Positions 32,300 through 42,483 of a DNA stretch of 58,096 nt are shown piece by piece (within the stretch, counting starts at the first letter, position 1; every line of letters begins with the position of its first letter). Source of the DNA: an uncultured Gammaproteobacteria bacterium (GTDB taxonomy: Bacteria; Pseudomonadota; Gammaproteobacteria; SURF-13). The notes under the pieces were generated by a model. The model did no database searches and was not told where the DNA came from. It saw only the letters and a list, made by a program, of their open reading frames with translations. The stretch lies in the NCBI GenBank assembly GCA_963925015.1, contig CAWUTX010000030.1, positions 1 to 58,096 on the forward strand, given 5' to 3'. A program made the translations under genes and the position numbers.

Positions 32300-33172
32300 T
32301 TACAGGGCGGCATAGTGCAGCACAATACCGATAAAGACCGCCGCGCCGAGCAAGTTGTTGTTGAGAAAGGCCTTTAGGCACTGCGCTGGCAGGCGGTCTT
32401 TGATCAGGTATTGATGGTACACAGCAAAACCCACGCTGACGAGCAGGCCACCGTCATAGAACATGCCAAGCTTGGCCTGTACACCCACCAGCCAAAGACT
32501 GACGAAGAACGTAATCTGAAGCGCGCCGATAATCACGCGGTCGGCCTCGCCGAACAGGATGGCGGTGGATTTCACGCCGATGCGCAGATCATCCTTGCGG
32601 TCGACCATGGCATACATGGTGTCGTACACCGTGGCCCACAGCACGGTGGCGACGAACAGCAGCCAGCCGATCTGCGGCACGCTGTTGGTCTGCGCGGCAA
32701 ACACCATCGGCACCGCCCAGCCGAACGCCGCGCCGAGATGCACCTGCGGCAGATAGGTGTAGCGCTTGGCGAACGGATAACTCACGGCGAGCAACAGCGC
32801 GACCACCGCGAGCATGAGCGTGAGTGTGTTCATGAGCAGCACGAGGCCGAACGCCAGCAGGCACAGCACGCTGAATAAAATCAGCGCCTCGCGCGGCGCA
32901 ACCGCGCCGGTGGCGATGGGCCGGTCGCGCGTGCGCTGCACCTGCGGATCGATGTCGCGGTCGGCGTAGTCGTTGATCACGCAACCCGCCGAGCGCATCA
33001 ACACCACGCCCAGCACAAACACCACCAGCACAAGCCAGTCCGGCCTGCCCGCAGAGGCGATCCACAACGCCCACAGCATCGGCCACAGCAGCAGAAAAAT
33101 CCCGATCGGCCGGTGCAGGCGCGTGAGCAGGTAATACTGGTGAAGACGCTGCTTTATATAGTCGCGTTGCAT
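32300..33172 (-). CDS. ubiA: 4-hydroxybenzoate polyprenyltransferase
   Basis: 290-aa polytopic ORF with the NDYADRDID motif and the second Asp-rich motif ([13 protein letters not shown]). Confidence 0.92.
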   Translation of the reverse strand: MQRDYIKQRLHQYYLLTRLHRPIGIFLLLWPMLWALWIASAGRPDWLVLVVFVLGVVLMRSAGCVINDYADRDIDPQVQRTRDRPIATGAVAPREALILFSVLCLLAFGLVLLMNTLTLMLAVVALLLAVSYPFAKRYTYLPQVHLGAAFGWAVPMVFAAQTNSVPQIGWLLFVATVLWATVYDTMYAMVDRKDDLRIGVKSTAILFGEADRVIIGALQITFFVSLWLVGVQAKLGMFYDGGLLVSVGFAVYHQYLIKDRLPAQCLKAFLNNNLLGAAVFIGIVLHYAAL

Positions 33173-33702
33173 GGGCGCATATCATGCAGAAATATCTCGC
33201 TCAATAACAGTGGCCGCTCACGCAGAAAAAACAGCGAGCGCCGCCCCCAGAGCGTGCGCGGTTTGCGCGCCAGCCGGTGCGTGGCGCGAGCGTAAAGCGC
33301 ATGCGTGGGTGCAAGCTGCGCCACATGCACTTCACCGCGCCGCATGGTGATGTCGGAGAACAACACCGCGCCGAGCGAACGGCTGCCGAGCCGCGTGAGG
33401 CGGCGGTATTTCCCGCTCAGAGTTTCACGCGGGATGACGGTGCGCGCAAACACCCACGGCTTTCCATCACACAACAGATAGACCTCGCGTACCAGTGCGC
33501 GCTGACTCGCGCGCAGACCCAGCGCGCGGATCTCGTCATGCGAGGGGCGCAGCCAGGCGCTCTGCAACACCTCCACCCGGAATTCGCCGCACACCGCCTG
33601 CAGCCGCTGCGTAAGCGAGGCCGGGTCGAGTAGCCAGTCCCACAGCACGGCGGGCCGCTCGGCCCGATGCACAGCGCGGGAAGGACGCCAGATTGAACGC
33701 AT
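33154..33702 (-). CDS. ubiC: chorismate pyruvate-lyase
   Basis: 182-aa ORF immediately upstream of and overlapping ubiA. UbiC-like segments ([10 protein letters not shown]...[18 protein letters not shown]). Confidence 0.8.
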   Translation of the reverse strand: MRSIWRPSRAVHRAERPAVLWDWLLDPASLTQRLQAVCGEFRVEVLQSAWLRPSHDEIRALGLRASQRALVREVYLLCDGKPWVFARTVIPRETLSGKYRRLTRLGSRSLGAVLFSDITMRRGEVHVAQLAPTHALYARATHRLARKPRTLWGRRSLFFLRERPLLLSEIFLHDMRPCNATI

Positions 33703-33717
33703 AATGGCGGAATTTAT

Positions 33718-34089
33718 TTACGAAGCAGCAACATCTTGCTGCAATTCTACAAGATTTCCATCCGGGTCGCGCACGAATAACTGCGGAAAACCGCGCCGCC
33801 CTTCGCGGAAAGGAACACCGAGCTTTGTAAGCCGTGCCTTGGCCGCCTCATAGTCATCAATCAAAAACGCCACATGATAATCACGCCGAGGACGCTGCTC
33901 GGCAGGCGGCAAGGCATCGGCCACCACCATCAGGTGCAGTTCGTTTTCACCCAGGTCATACCACACGCCGTCAAAATCAAAACTGTGCCGCGGCTTCTCT
34001 TTCAGCCCCAACACATCTTCGTAAAAATTTTTTGCGCGCTGGAGATCGTTCACCAGCAGCGCCGCGTGCAGCAGTTTCGAGATTTTCAT
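33718..34089 (-). CDS. VOC (glyoxalase/bleomycin-resistance/dioxygenase) family protein
   Basis: 123-aa ORF with ...HAALLVNDLQRAKNFYEDVLGL...HVAF...V.DPDGN..EL. Confidence 0.8.
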   Translation of the reverse strand: MKISKLLHAALLVNDLQRAKNFYEDVLGLKEKPRHSFDFDGVWYDLGENELHLMVVADALPPAEQRPRRDYHVAFLIDDYEAAKARLTKLGVPFREGRRGFPQLFVRDPDGNLVELQQDVAAS

Positions 34090-34325
34090 GCTGCACTATG
34101 GTAAACCGCCAAGCGCAGTGTGCACAGCCCATGCTTTTTAAGGCGGCCTCTAACGAGCTTGATCGCAAGACGTGGTTTGACGCAGGATATGACGGGGTAT
34201 ATATTTCAAGGTGCGCGCCCCGAAACCCTGAGGGGGCGCGAAATAATGCCCCATTTAGGGTGTCTGCTCACGTTGGACGTCGCCACGAGCAAGATTCACG
34301 ACGATAGATCACAAAGGAAGTTCAG

Positions 34326-35258
34326 ATGTCAATCTATGAGCGCGATCCGCGGAAAATTGCTGCCAGCTATCGAGTGGAAAAAGACGAGAAAGGCAAGCTC
34401 GAGCTCTGCTCCGAACAAGGTTCCCCAGTGAATCTCAGCCACCATCGCGCTTTTCTAAATTTCAAGACGACACTCAACGCCGTGGGCTGGCATGCCGGAC
34501 ACTGGCATAGTGAGGGAGCGTTCTATGTTATTAATCTTCTTGTAGCGGAACTGAATATTGGTTTTCCCGGTGAGGAGGGGTGGTCTAGCGACCTTGTCGA
34601 TAACTGCTTCTTTGTTATTGATGGAGAGGCTCTGAGATATTTACCTTTAGCCCAGCTACGCATCGTGAGTGAAGCGCAGTTCAATATCGAGAAGGCGTGG
34701 GACGCATCCAATAAACTCGCAGTCGAGAACGCACGCCTCGCCGACGAAAACAGAGAGGAGTTTATTCCTGAAACTATAGGAGACGACGAGCCAGCCCCCT
34801 CCCCCTTTGGGCGAGGGACAATTACACATTGCCTTACTGCGCCTGAGCTTGATGTCGATGGATTTCTTGAGTGCACTATTGGTTTACCGCAAGCGTATTT
34901 TCAACAACTGCTTGACGGGTGTCTCAGTGAGCGCGTTTCAGTAGCCTATTTCCACGGTATTGGAGGAGCACTGTCATCCATGTTCTCGATGGGTGTTGCG
35001 AGGGATTTAATCCTTCTCGCTGGCCAGGGGTTTGATATCAGTATCGATTCGCTGTCGCTTGATTATCGTGTTGAGCCAGAAGCGCCTGCGAAGTCTGAAG
35101 AAGATATCGTGGAGGAACCTCGTAGCCTCCCAGAGACCGAGAAGATGCTGGCGGCACTGGAGCGTGTAACAACCGGCATCGGGGCGCTCCGCTCGACCGT
35201 CATCACAACCGCCTGGGTTCTGGCAGTCGCGCTAATCGTTGTCGCCTTTATCAAGTAA
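34326..35258 (+). CDS. orphan hypothetical protein with a C-terminal TM anchor
   Basis: 310-aa ORF preceded by AAGGAAG. I recognise no family. An acidic linker is followed by a single terminal hydrophobic helix (TTAWVLAVALIVVAFIK). It looks less GC-rich than the neighbours (not computed). Confidence 0.5.
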   Translation: MSIYERDPRKIAASYRVEKDEKGKLELCSEQGSPVNLSHHRAFLNFKTTLNAVGWHAGHWHSEGAFYVINLLVAELNIGFPGEEGWSSDLVDNCFFVIDGEALRYLPLAQLRIVSEAQFNIEKAWDASNKLAVENARLADENREEFIPETIGDDEPAPSPFGRGTITHCLTAPELDVDGFLECTIGLPQAYFQQLLDGCLSERVSVAYFHGIGGALSSMFSMGVARDLILLAGQGFDISIDSLSLDYRVEPEAPAKSEEDIVEEPRSLPETEKMLAALERVTTGIGALRSTVITTAWVLAVALIVVAFIK

Positions 35259-35362
35259 TCATAATTAGCGCGGTATTCGGCGAGAAAGACACAAAGATCA
35301 TTCGTGATTACTACGTGGCGCTATGTATAGGAATCCCCCCCCTCATGGATTGGAGAAAGCAT

Positions 35363-35587
35363 ATGCGTGAAAAACCGGATAGAGACATTGAAAAAGATTA
35401 TTCAACGGCCGAGTTTGTTGCCAAGCTCCGGCGTCTGGCTGATGCATTGGAAAAAGGCGAGAAGTTTGATATCCAGATCGCCGGAGAGAGAATATATGTG
35501 CCTGTTCGCGCCAAGTTCAATATTGAGCACGAGCGGGAGGGCAGCGAAGAGGAGGTTGAGTTTCAGATCAAATGGACCAACGAGTAG
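35363..35587 (+). CDS. amphi-Trp-domain-like small acidic protein
   Basis: ATG at 35363 preceded by GGAG. Has the pattern ...AEFVAKLRRLADALEKGEKFDIQIAGERIYVPVRAKFNIEHERE..EEEVEFQIKW typical of stand-alone amphi-Trp domains. Confidence 0.5.
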   Translation: MREKPDRDIEKDYSTAEFVAKLRRLADALEKGEKFDIQIAGERIYVPVRAKFNIEHEREGSEEEVEFQIKWTNE

Positions 35588-35627
35588 CTGCTTCGTCGTG
35601 CCGCAGCGCGGGCCGGCACGTCTTCAA

Positions 35628-36605
35628 TTACGCGGCCAGCGCCCGGTAAAGATTGTAGAGACTGAGGGCGCTGATCAACGTCCCCACCAGAATCAGTAGC
35701 GTCTTCGCATGGAGCTTCTTGCACAGCAATGCGGCAAACGGCGCGGCGAACAGGCCCCCGAATACCAAGCCGGCGATGATGGGCCAGGTGTTGGTTTCCA
35801 TCAGCAATGAAAAAACCGCGGCGCTGGCAAATGCCAGGAAGAACTCCGCGAAATTGACCGAGCCGATGGTGGTGCGCGGGTCGTTGCCCGAACTCACCAG
35901 CGTCGTCGTGACGACCGGCCCCCAGCCGCCGCCGCCCGCCGCATCAACGAATCCGCCAAACAGGGCGAGCTTGCCAACGTGTTTGGGCGCCTGTGTGCGC
36001 AGGCGCAGTTGGCGAAACGCCTTGCTGAGGATGTAGATACCCAGCAGCAACAGGTAGGCGGACACGAACGGTTTGAACATGGCGCCATCGACCTGTGTCA
36101 CCAGCACTGCGCCCAACACCGCGCCCAGAATACCCGGCACCAGCAAACGCACGAACAACTGTTTATTCACGTTGCCGAATTTGGTGTGGGCGATACCCGA
36201 AACGCCGGTGGTGAAAATCTCCGCAATATGGACGCTCGCGCTCGCCGCTGCGGGGCTGGCGCCTGCCGCCAGCAGAAACGTGGTCGCCGTGACGCCGTAA
36301 GCCATGCCTAGGGCGCCATCCACCACCTGCGCGAAAAACCCGACCGCCACCGCGCTCCAGAAGACGCTGCCGTTGAGCGTCTCGCCGATAATCTTCAAGC
36401 CGCCAGCCCAGTTATTGGGAAGGAAAAGGCGTCCCATCAAAAACAAGGTCAACGCAATCAACACCAGAGCGGTAAACCACACTGCAGCGCGCAGAAACGG
36501 GTGCGTGCCGGGGTGAGAGACGGGCTCCTCGACGGGCGGAAGCCCGAGTCGCCGGTGTTCCTCATTGATCGGATTGCGCGTCAGATCCAGGTTACGAATC
36601 TTCAT
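35628..36605 (-). CDS. sulfite exporter TauE/SafE family permease
   Basis: 325-aa polytopic ORF with internally duplicated 4-TM halves and Gly-rich helices typical of DUF81/TauE. Confidence 0.85.
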   Translation of the reverse strand: MKIRNLDLTRNPINEEHRRLGLPPVEEPVSHPGTHPFLRAAVWFTALVLIALTLFLMGRLFLPNNWAGGLKIIGETLNGSVFWSAVAVGFFAQVVDGALGMAYGVTATTFLLAAGASPAAASASVHIAEIFTTGVSGIAHTKFGNVNKQLFVRLLVPGILGAVLGAVLVTQVDGAMFKPFVSAYLLLLGIYILSKAFRQLRLRTQAPKHVGKLALFGGFVDAAGGGGWGPVVTTTLVSSGNDPRTTIGSVNFAEFFLAFASAAVFSLLMETNTWPIIAGLVFGGLFAAPFAALLCKKLHAKTLLILVGTLISALSLYNLYRALAA

Positions 36606-36724
36606 AAGCTCGGTTCCATGCTCTCCTTGGTGCGGGACACTATACCGATGCGCGCATATAACTAAAAATAACCTAATAGAATATGTTTATTCCTTTTAGT
36701 AAGTGTGGTGCCCGATGGGGTGTC

Positions 36725-38767
36725 TCATACCTCCCCATACTGCGCACCCTCGCCCAGCCAGCGGCGGATCAAGGGTGGCACATGATCGGGATGGTTATTG
36801 AGCAATAGCGCTGCGGTCTGTTCGATCTCCGGCAATAAATGCTGGTCGCGTGCGAGGTCGGCGATGTGTAGTTGCAGCAGACCGGCCTGGCGGGTGCCGA
36901 GCACTTCACCGGGGCCGCGCAGCTCCAGGTCTTTGCGTGCGATCTCGAAGCCGTCGTTGGTGGCGCGCAGTGCGGCGAGGCGTGCCTTGGCGTATTGCGA
37001 AAGCGGTGCGCGGTAAATGAGCACGCAGTGGCTCGCCGTCGCGCCGCGACCGACGCGTCCGCGCAACTGGTGTAATTGCGCGAGCCCCAAGCGTTCGGCG
37101 TTTTCGACAATCATCAGGCTGGCGTTGGGCACGTCGACGCCGACTTCGATCACGGTGGTGGCGACGAGCAGATCGATTTCGCCTTGCTTGAATTTGCGCA
37201 TGGCCTGATCCTTTTCTTTTGTCTTCATGCGTCCGTGTATCAGCGCCACGCGTAACTCAGGCAACGCGGCGGTGAGTTGCGCGGCGGTGTCGATGGCGGC
37301 CTGGCACTGCAAGGTCTCTGATTCCTCGATGAGCGTGCATACCCAGTAGGCCTGGCGTCCCGCGCGGCAGGCGGTGTGTACGCGTTCGACGACATCGCCA
37401 CGGCGCGTGTCGGCGACCACTACGGTTTCCACGGGCGTGCGTCCGGGCGGCAATTCGTCTATCACCGAACTGTCGAGATCGGCATAGCCCACCATGGCGA
37501 GCGTGCGCGGGATGGGTGTGGCGGTCATGATGAGTTGATGCGGATAGCGGCCGTGATTGAAACCCTTGGTGCGCAGCGCGAGGCGCTGATGCACGCCGAA
37601 ACGATGCTGCTCGTCGATGACCACCAGGCCGAGCCGAGCGAAATTTACATCCTCCTGAAACAGGGCGTGGGTGCCGATGACGAGCGCGCATGGGCCGGAG
37701 GCGATGTGCGCGAGCACTTCCGCGCGCGCCTTGCCTTTGAGTTTGCCGGTGAGCAGTGCGACTTCAAGTTTGAGCGGTGTGAGCCAGCGTGTGAAGTTGG
37801 CGAGATGCTGTTCGGCGAGCAGTTCGGTCGGCGCCATGAGCGCCACTTGATGGCCCGACTCGATGGCGTGCAGCGCTGCGCACGCGGCGACCAGAGTCTT
37901 GCCGGAGCCGACATCGCCTTGCACCAGACGCAGCATGGGGGTCGCCTGTGCAAGATCGCGGCGGATTTCGCCAATCACGCGCTGTTGTGCGCGCGTGAGG
38001 TTAAACGGAAGCTGCGCGAGCAGTGCGGCTATGAGCTTGCCGCGAGCTGCGAGCTCCGGCGCGGCATGCCGTTGCACGCGCTGACGCAGCAGACGCAGGC
38101 TCAGGTGATGCGCGAGCAGTTCCTCGAATGCGAGCCTGCGCTGCGCCGGGTGTGCGCCCTGCTCGATCAGCTCGAGCGGCGCATCGGGCGGCGGATAGTG
38201 CACGTAGGCTACGGCCTCGCGCAACGTGGGAAAATTCAGGCGCGCGAGCACAGCATCGGGCAGCCATTCGCGCAGCGTGTCCGGGTGGTTGTGCAAAAGA
38301 TCGAGTGCGCGCTGTGTGAGCGGCCTTAATCCCTGCTGGTGCAAGCCTTCCGTCGTGGGATAAACAGGTGTGAGGCACTCTTCCACCGCAGTGATGGAGT
38401 TTTCGGACACGAGGCGATATTCGGGATGCACCATCTCCGGCCCCGCTTTGCCAAAACGCACCTCGCCGAAACAGCGCACGCGCACGCCGCGCGCAAGTGT
38501 CGCTTGTTGCGCGGCGTTGAAATGAAAAAAGCGCAGCGTGATGCCGCCGGTGCCGTCGTGGAGTTGTGAAAGCAGCATACGCTTGCGGGCGAACTGGACT
38601 TGCGTGAGTTGCACCTCGCCCTCGATCACTGCCTCGATGCCGGGGCGCAGCGCGCCGATGGGTATGATGCGAGTGCGATCCTGATAACGCAGCGGCAGAT
38701 GGAACAGCAAATCCTGCACGGTGCGGATGTCGAGCCGCGCCAGCCGTTCGGCGAGACGCGGCCCCAC
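36725..38767 (-). CDS. recG: ATP-dependent DNA helicase RecG (N-terminus probably longer)
   Basis: 680-aa ORF with the wedge domain, helicase motifs (GDVGSGKT, DEQHRFG, TATPIPRT) and the TRG motif region. The frame stays open upstream of the GTG. Confidence 0.93.
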   Translation of the reverse strand: MGPRLAERLARLDIRTVQDLLFHLPLRYQDRTRIIPIGALRPGIEAVIEGEVQLTQVQFARKRMLLSQLHDGTGGITLRFFHFNAAQQATLARGVRVRCFGEVRFGKAGPEMVHPEYRLVSENSITAVEECLTPVYPTTEGLHQQGLRPLTQRALDLLHNHPDTLREWLPDAVLARLNFPTLREAVAYVHYPPPDAPLELIEQGAHPAQRRLAFEELLAHHLSLRLLRQRVQRHAAPELAARGKLIAALLAQLPFNLTRAQQRVIGEIRRDLAQATPMLRLVQGDVGSGKTLVAACAALHAIESGHQVALMAPTELLAEQHLANFTRWLTPLKLEVALLTGKLKGKARAEVLAHIASGPCALVIGTHALFQEDVNFARLGLVVIDEQHRFGVHQRLALRTKGFNHGRYPHQLIMTATPIPRTLAMVGYADLDSSVIDELPPGRTPVETVVVADTRRGDVVERVHTACRAGRQAYWVCTLIEESETLQCQAAIDTAAQLTAALPELRVALIHGRMKTKEKDQAMRKFKQGEIDLLVATTVIEVGVDVPNASLMIVENAERLGLAQLHQLRGRVGRGATASHCVLIYRAPLSQYAKARLAALRATNDGFEIARKDLELRGPGEVLGTRQAGLLQLHIADLARDQHLLPEIEQTAALLLNNHPDHVPPLIRRWLGEGAQYGEV

Positions 38768-38826
38768 GCCCTTGAGGTGCGTGACCGACAGGCTATCGAG
38801 TGTGGGGAGTTGCAGAGACGCTAGTC

Positions 38827-39213
38827 CTAGCCGCTCAAATCCATGACGCAGTCCATCTCGACACGCGCGCCTCGCGGTAGTGCGGCGACACCGACCGCCG
38901 CGCGCGCCGGGTAAGGCTCCGAAAAATAGCGCGCCATGATTTCGTTCACCAGCGGAAAGTGTACGAGGTCGGTGAGATAGACATTGAGTTTGACGATGTG
39001 GCCGAGATTACCGTCCGCCGCTTCGGCTACGGCTTTCAGATTGTCGAACACCTGCGTGATCTCCGCGCGCATGTCGCCCTGCACCAGCTCCATGCTGTGC
39101 GGCACGAGCGGAATCTGGCCGGAGAGATAGACGGTGTTGCCCACGCGCACCGCTTGTGAATAGGTGCCGATGGCTTTGGGGGCGAGGCCGGTAGTGATGA
39201 TGATTTTTTTCAT
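38827..39213 (-). CDS. ridA: RidA family reactive-intermediate deaminase
   Basis: 128-aa ORF with ...[26 protein letters not shown]......[16 protein letters not shown]. Confidence 0.9.
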   Translation of the reverse strand: MKKIIITTGLAPKAIGTYSQAVRVGNTVYLSGQIPLVPHSMELVQGDMRAEITQVFDNLKAVAEAADGNLGHIVKLNVYLTDLVHFPLVNEIMARYFSEPYPARAAVGVAALPRGARVEMDCVMDLSG

Positions 39214-39215
39214 GG

Positions 39216-41336
39216 CTATCCTCTTGCGCGCGCAATGCGCACCACTATCGGCACCGCGCGCAAGCGGCGCATGATGCGTGCGAGGTGGTCGCGGTCGTGT
39301 ACCGCGATGGTGAAGTTGATGGCGGTGTACATGCCGTCGTGTTCCTCGATGCCGACATTTTCAATGTTCGCGCCGCGCTCCGCAATGGCCGCCGCCAGTG
39401 TGGCGAGCGCGCCGCGCTGATTCGCTACCTCGACGCGGATATCCACCGCGAATTCGCCCACCATGCCCGGCGCCCATTCCACCTCGATCCACTTCTCCGG
39501 ATGCTTGCGGAAAACCGTCACGTTTTTGCACGACTCGGCGTGGATGACGACGCCGCGCCCCGCGCTCACGTAACCGAGAATGCGGTCGCCGGGAATCGGG
39601 CGGCAACACTTGGCGTAGGCCACCACCATACCTTCGGTGCCCTTGATGGCGAGCGGCTGGCCCATCGCCGCTACCGGCTCTACTCCGGCGCCGCTCTCGG
39701 CGGGCGGCACGAGATGACGCGCGACCAGCAGCGCGGGGCGATTGCCGAGCCCGATATCACCCAGCAGATCGTCCAGAGATTTGAATTTGAGTTCGCGCAA
39801 CAGGGTTTTGATGCGCGCCGCAGGCACGTCCGCCAGCTTGCGCGCGAACGTCGCCAGTGCCTGATTCAGCAGGCGGCGGCCAAGATCGACGGACTCGTCG
39901 TGTTTGAGGTTTTTCAGAAAGTGGCGGATGGTGCTGCGCGCCTTCGCGGTGACCACGAAATTGAGCCAGGCCGGATTGGGTCGCGCCTGTTGGGCGGTGA
40001 CGATTTCCACATACTGGCCGTTCGCCAGCGGCGTCGAGAGCGGCGCCAAGCGGCGGTCGATCTTGGCCGCGACGCAGGTGTTGCCGACGTCAGTGTGCAC
40101 CGCGTAGGCGAAGTCCACCGCGGTCGCGCCGCGCGGCAGCCCCATGATCTTGCCCTTGGGCGTGAACACGTAGACCTCGTCCGGGAACAGGTCGATCTTC
40201 ACGCTCTCCAGGAATTCGAGCGAGTTGCCCGCGTTCATCTGCATTTCGAGCAGGCCGCGCAGCCAGTCGTGCGCGCGCTGCTGCGCGCTGCCGCCCGCGC
40301 TGTCCCCGGCCTTGTACAACCAGTGCGCGGCGATGCCGGCCTCGGAGATGCGATCCATGTCCTGGGTGCGTATCTGCGCCTCGATCGGCACGCCAAACGG
40401 CCCGAACAGCGCGGTGTGCAGTGACTGATAGCCGTTGGCCTTGGGGATGGCGATGTAATCCTTGAGCTTGCCCGGCAGCGGCTTGTAGAGATTGTGCATG
40501 GCGCCCAGTACGCGGTAGCAGGCGTCCACCGAGTCCACGATGATGCGGAAGGCATAGACATCGGTGACCTCGGAAAAAGACAGATGCTTTTGTAGCATCT
40601 TGCGATACATGCTGTAGATGTGTTTTTCGCGCCCCAGCACCTCGCCGGGGAGTTTTTCCTCGCGCAGGCGGCGCTTGATGGCATTTTCGATCTTGCGCAC
40701 CACCTCCTTGCGATTGCCGCGCGCCTTTTTCACCGCTTCGACAAGAATGCGGTGGCGCATCGGATAGAGCGCGGCGAAGCCCAGATCTTCCAGTTCCACG
40801 CGTATCTGGTTCATGCCGAGACGGTTGGCGATGGGCGCGTAAATCTCCAGCGTTTCACGCGCGATGCGGCGGCGCTTCTCCGGCGGCATCGCGCCAAGCG
40901 TGCGCATGTTGTGCAGGCGGTCGGCGAGCTTCACCAGAATCACGCGGATGTCGCGCACCATGGCGAGCAGCATCTTACGGAAATTTTCCGCCTGCGCCTC
41001 GGCGCGGCTTTCAAACTGGATCTGGGTGAGCTTGCTGACACCGTCCACCAGCTCCGCGACCTCGGCGCCGAATTCGTGCGCGATCTGTTCCTTGGCGGTG
41101 GCGGTGTCTTCGATCACGTCGTGCAGCAGTGCGGCGAGGATGCTGTGGTGATCCATGCGCATCTCGGCCAGGATGCGCGCGACGGCGAGCGGATGATAAA
41201 TATAGGGTTCGCCCGAGAGGCGCTTCTGGCCCGCGTGGGCCGCTGCGCCGAACTCGTAGGCGCGACGAATCTCGGCCACCTGCCTGGGCTTGAGGTAGGT
41301 GCCGAGCAGCGCAGTCAGATCGTCAATGAGGTACAT
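39216..41336 (-). CDS. spoT: bifunctional (p)ppGpp synthetase/hydrolase
   Basis: 706-aa ORF with the HD hydrolase (HPLAVA.IL......LLHDVIEDT), RelA/SpoT synthetase, TGS and ACT domains. Synteny rpoZ-spoT. Confidence 0.93.
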   Translation of the reverse strand: MYLIDDLTALLGTYLKPRQVAEIRRAYEFGAAAHAGQKRLSGEPYIYHPLAVARILAEMRMDHHSILAALLHDVIEDTATAKEQIAHEFGAEVAELVDGVSKLTQIQFESRAEAQAENFRKMLLAMVRDIRVILVKLADRLHNMRTLGAMPPEKRRRIARETLEIYAPIANRLGMNQIRVELEDLGFAALYPMRHRILVEAVKKARGNRKEVVRKIENAIKRRLREEKLPGEVLGREKHIYSMYRKMLQKHLSFSEVTDVYAFRIIVDSVDACYRVLGAMHNLYKPLPGKLKDYIAIPKANGYQSLHTALFGPFGVPIEAQIRTQDMDRISEAGIAAHWLYKAGDSAGGSAQQRAHDWLRGLLEMQMNAGNSLEFLESVKIDLFPDEVYVFTPKGKIMGLPRGATAVDFAYAVHTDVGNTCVAAKIDRRLAPLSTPLANGQYVEIVTAQQARPNPAWLNFVVTAKARSTIRHFLKNLKHDESVDLGRRLLNQALATFARKLADVPAARIKTLLRELKFKSLDDLLGDIGLGNRPALLVARHLVPPAESGAGVEPVAAMGQPLAIKGTEGMVVAYAKCCRPIPGDRILGYVSAGRGVVIHAESCKNVTVFRKHPEKWIEVEWAPGMVGEFAVDIRVEVANQRGALATLAAAIAERGANIENVGIEEHDGMYTAINFTIAVHDRDHLARIMRRLRAVPIVVRIARARG

Positions 41337-41378
41337 AATAGTGTACCCCAGGGCAGCGTGGCCGCGAGGGCCACAGGC

Positions 41379-41657
41379 TTAAACCTCGGGGGTTGGTTCT
41401 GCAGGCACCGTGTCGGCGGCGATTTCGGCGACGGGCTCAGCGGGCGCCAGGGGTGCTGTCTCCCGGTCCAGGATGCTGCGGTCGATATGGCCGAGGGCGA
41501 TCTCGCGCAGCGCCACTACGGTGGCCTTGTCGTTTTCCCACGCCACATGCGCCTGCGCGCCGGTGGCGAGCTGGCGCGCGCGTTTGCTCGCTACTAGCAC
41601 CAGTTGAAAACGGTTATCTACATTTGCCAGACAATCTTCTACGGTGACACGTGCCAT
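41379..41657 (-). CDS. rpoZ: DNA-directed RNA polymerase omega subunit
   Basis: 92-aa ORF starting [30 protein letters not shown]. Confidence 0.93.
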   Translation of the reverse strand: MARVTVEDCLANVDNRFQLVLVASKRARQLATGAQAHVAWENDKATVVALREIALGHIDRSILDRETAPLAPAEPVAEIAADTVPAEPTPEV

Positions 41658-41716
41658 GGGCGTACCTTTTGGGATAGTGAATTCAATTTACTCATCTGCC
41701 GGCAATTACGACCATA

Positions 41717-41826
41717 CTTTCCTACACGTTCCCGCCCCCTGTTGAGGGGGCGGGACAGGGTGGGGGTAGAGTAAACCGGGGGTTTTACTCAGGAGACACC
41801 GCGTTAGCGGTGTCTCCTGAGTAATT
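41717..41826 (+). repeat. REP/MITE-like structured intergenic element, copy 2 (contains a G4 motif)
   Basis: Three hairpins read directly: CCCGCCCCCT-GTTG-AGGGGGCGGG, GAGTAAA-N8-TTTACTC and CTCAGGAGACACCGC-GTTA-GCGGTGTCTCCTGAG. Shares a 22-nt identical core with copy 1. Confidence 0.75.
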
Positions 41827-42483
41827 TTACTCAACACGCGGCTCCGGCGCCAGCAAATCCTCAAGTAAATGCTTCAGCCGCACGGCCTGGGCCTCGCGCC
41901 GCAGCCGGTGTGCGTGGACAATCGCTCGTACATCGGCGAGTGCGGCGGCGAAGTCGTCGTTCAACACCAGATAGTCGAATTCGTCGCAGTGGCTGATCTG
42001 CTCCACCGCCTCGCGCATACGCTGGGCGATGACCTCGGCGCTGTCTTGGGCGCGTGCGTGCAGGCGCTGTTCGAGCGCGTCATGCGAGGGCGGCAGCAGG
42101 AAAATATGCACTGACTCCGGCAGCAGACGGCGCATGGCGCGCGCGCCCTGCCAGTCGATGACGAGGACGACATCGATGCCCTGGCTCAAGCGCTCCTCCA
42201 CCCAGCCGCGCCCAGTGCCGTAGCGGTTGCCGAACACCGTGGCGTGTTCGAGAAATTCACCTGCCGCGCACATCTCTTCAAACCGCGCCGGGCTGATGAA
42301 GTGATAGTTTACGCCGTCCTCCTCACCATGGCGGCGCGCGCGTGTGGTGTAGGAAACCGACATCTGCACGCTGGGCATGGACTCGAGCAGCGCCTGCGCC
42401 AGGCTCGATTTGCCGCCGCCGGAGGGCGCGGCGATGACGTAGAGCGTGCCGCGCGCGACGTTGGTTTGTTGATGGGTCTTCAT
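41827..42483 (-). CDS. gmk: guanylate kinase
   Basis: 218-aa ORF with the P-loop (APSGGGKSSL) and Gmk body (SVSYTTR..R.GE.DG..YHF). Confidence 0.93.
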   Translation of the reverse strand: MKTHQQTNVARGTLYVIAAPSGGGKSSLAQALLESMPSVQMSVSYTTRARRHGEEDGVNYHFISPARFEEMCAAGEFLEHATVFGNRYGTGRGWVEERLSQGIDVVLVIDWQGARAMRRLLPESVHIFLLPPSHDALEQRLHARAQDSAEVIAQRMREAVEQISHCDEFDYLVLNDDFAAALADVRAIVHAHRLRREAQAVRLKHLLEDLLAPEPRVE

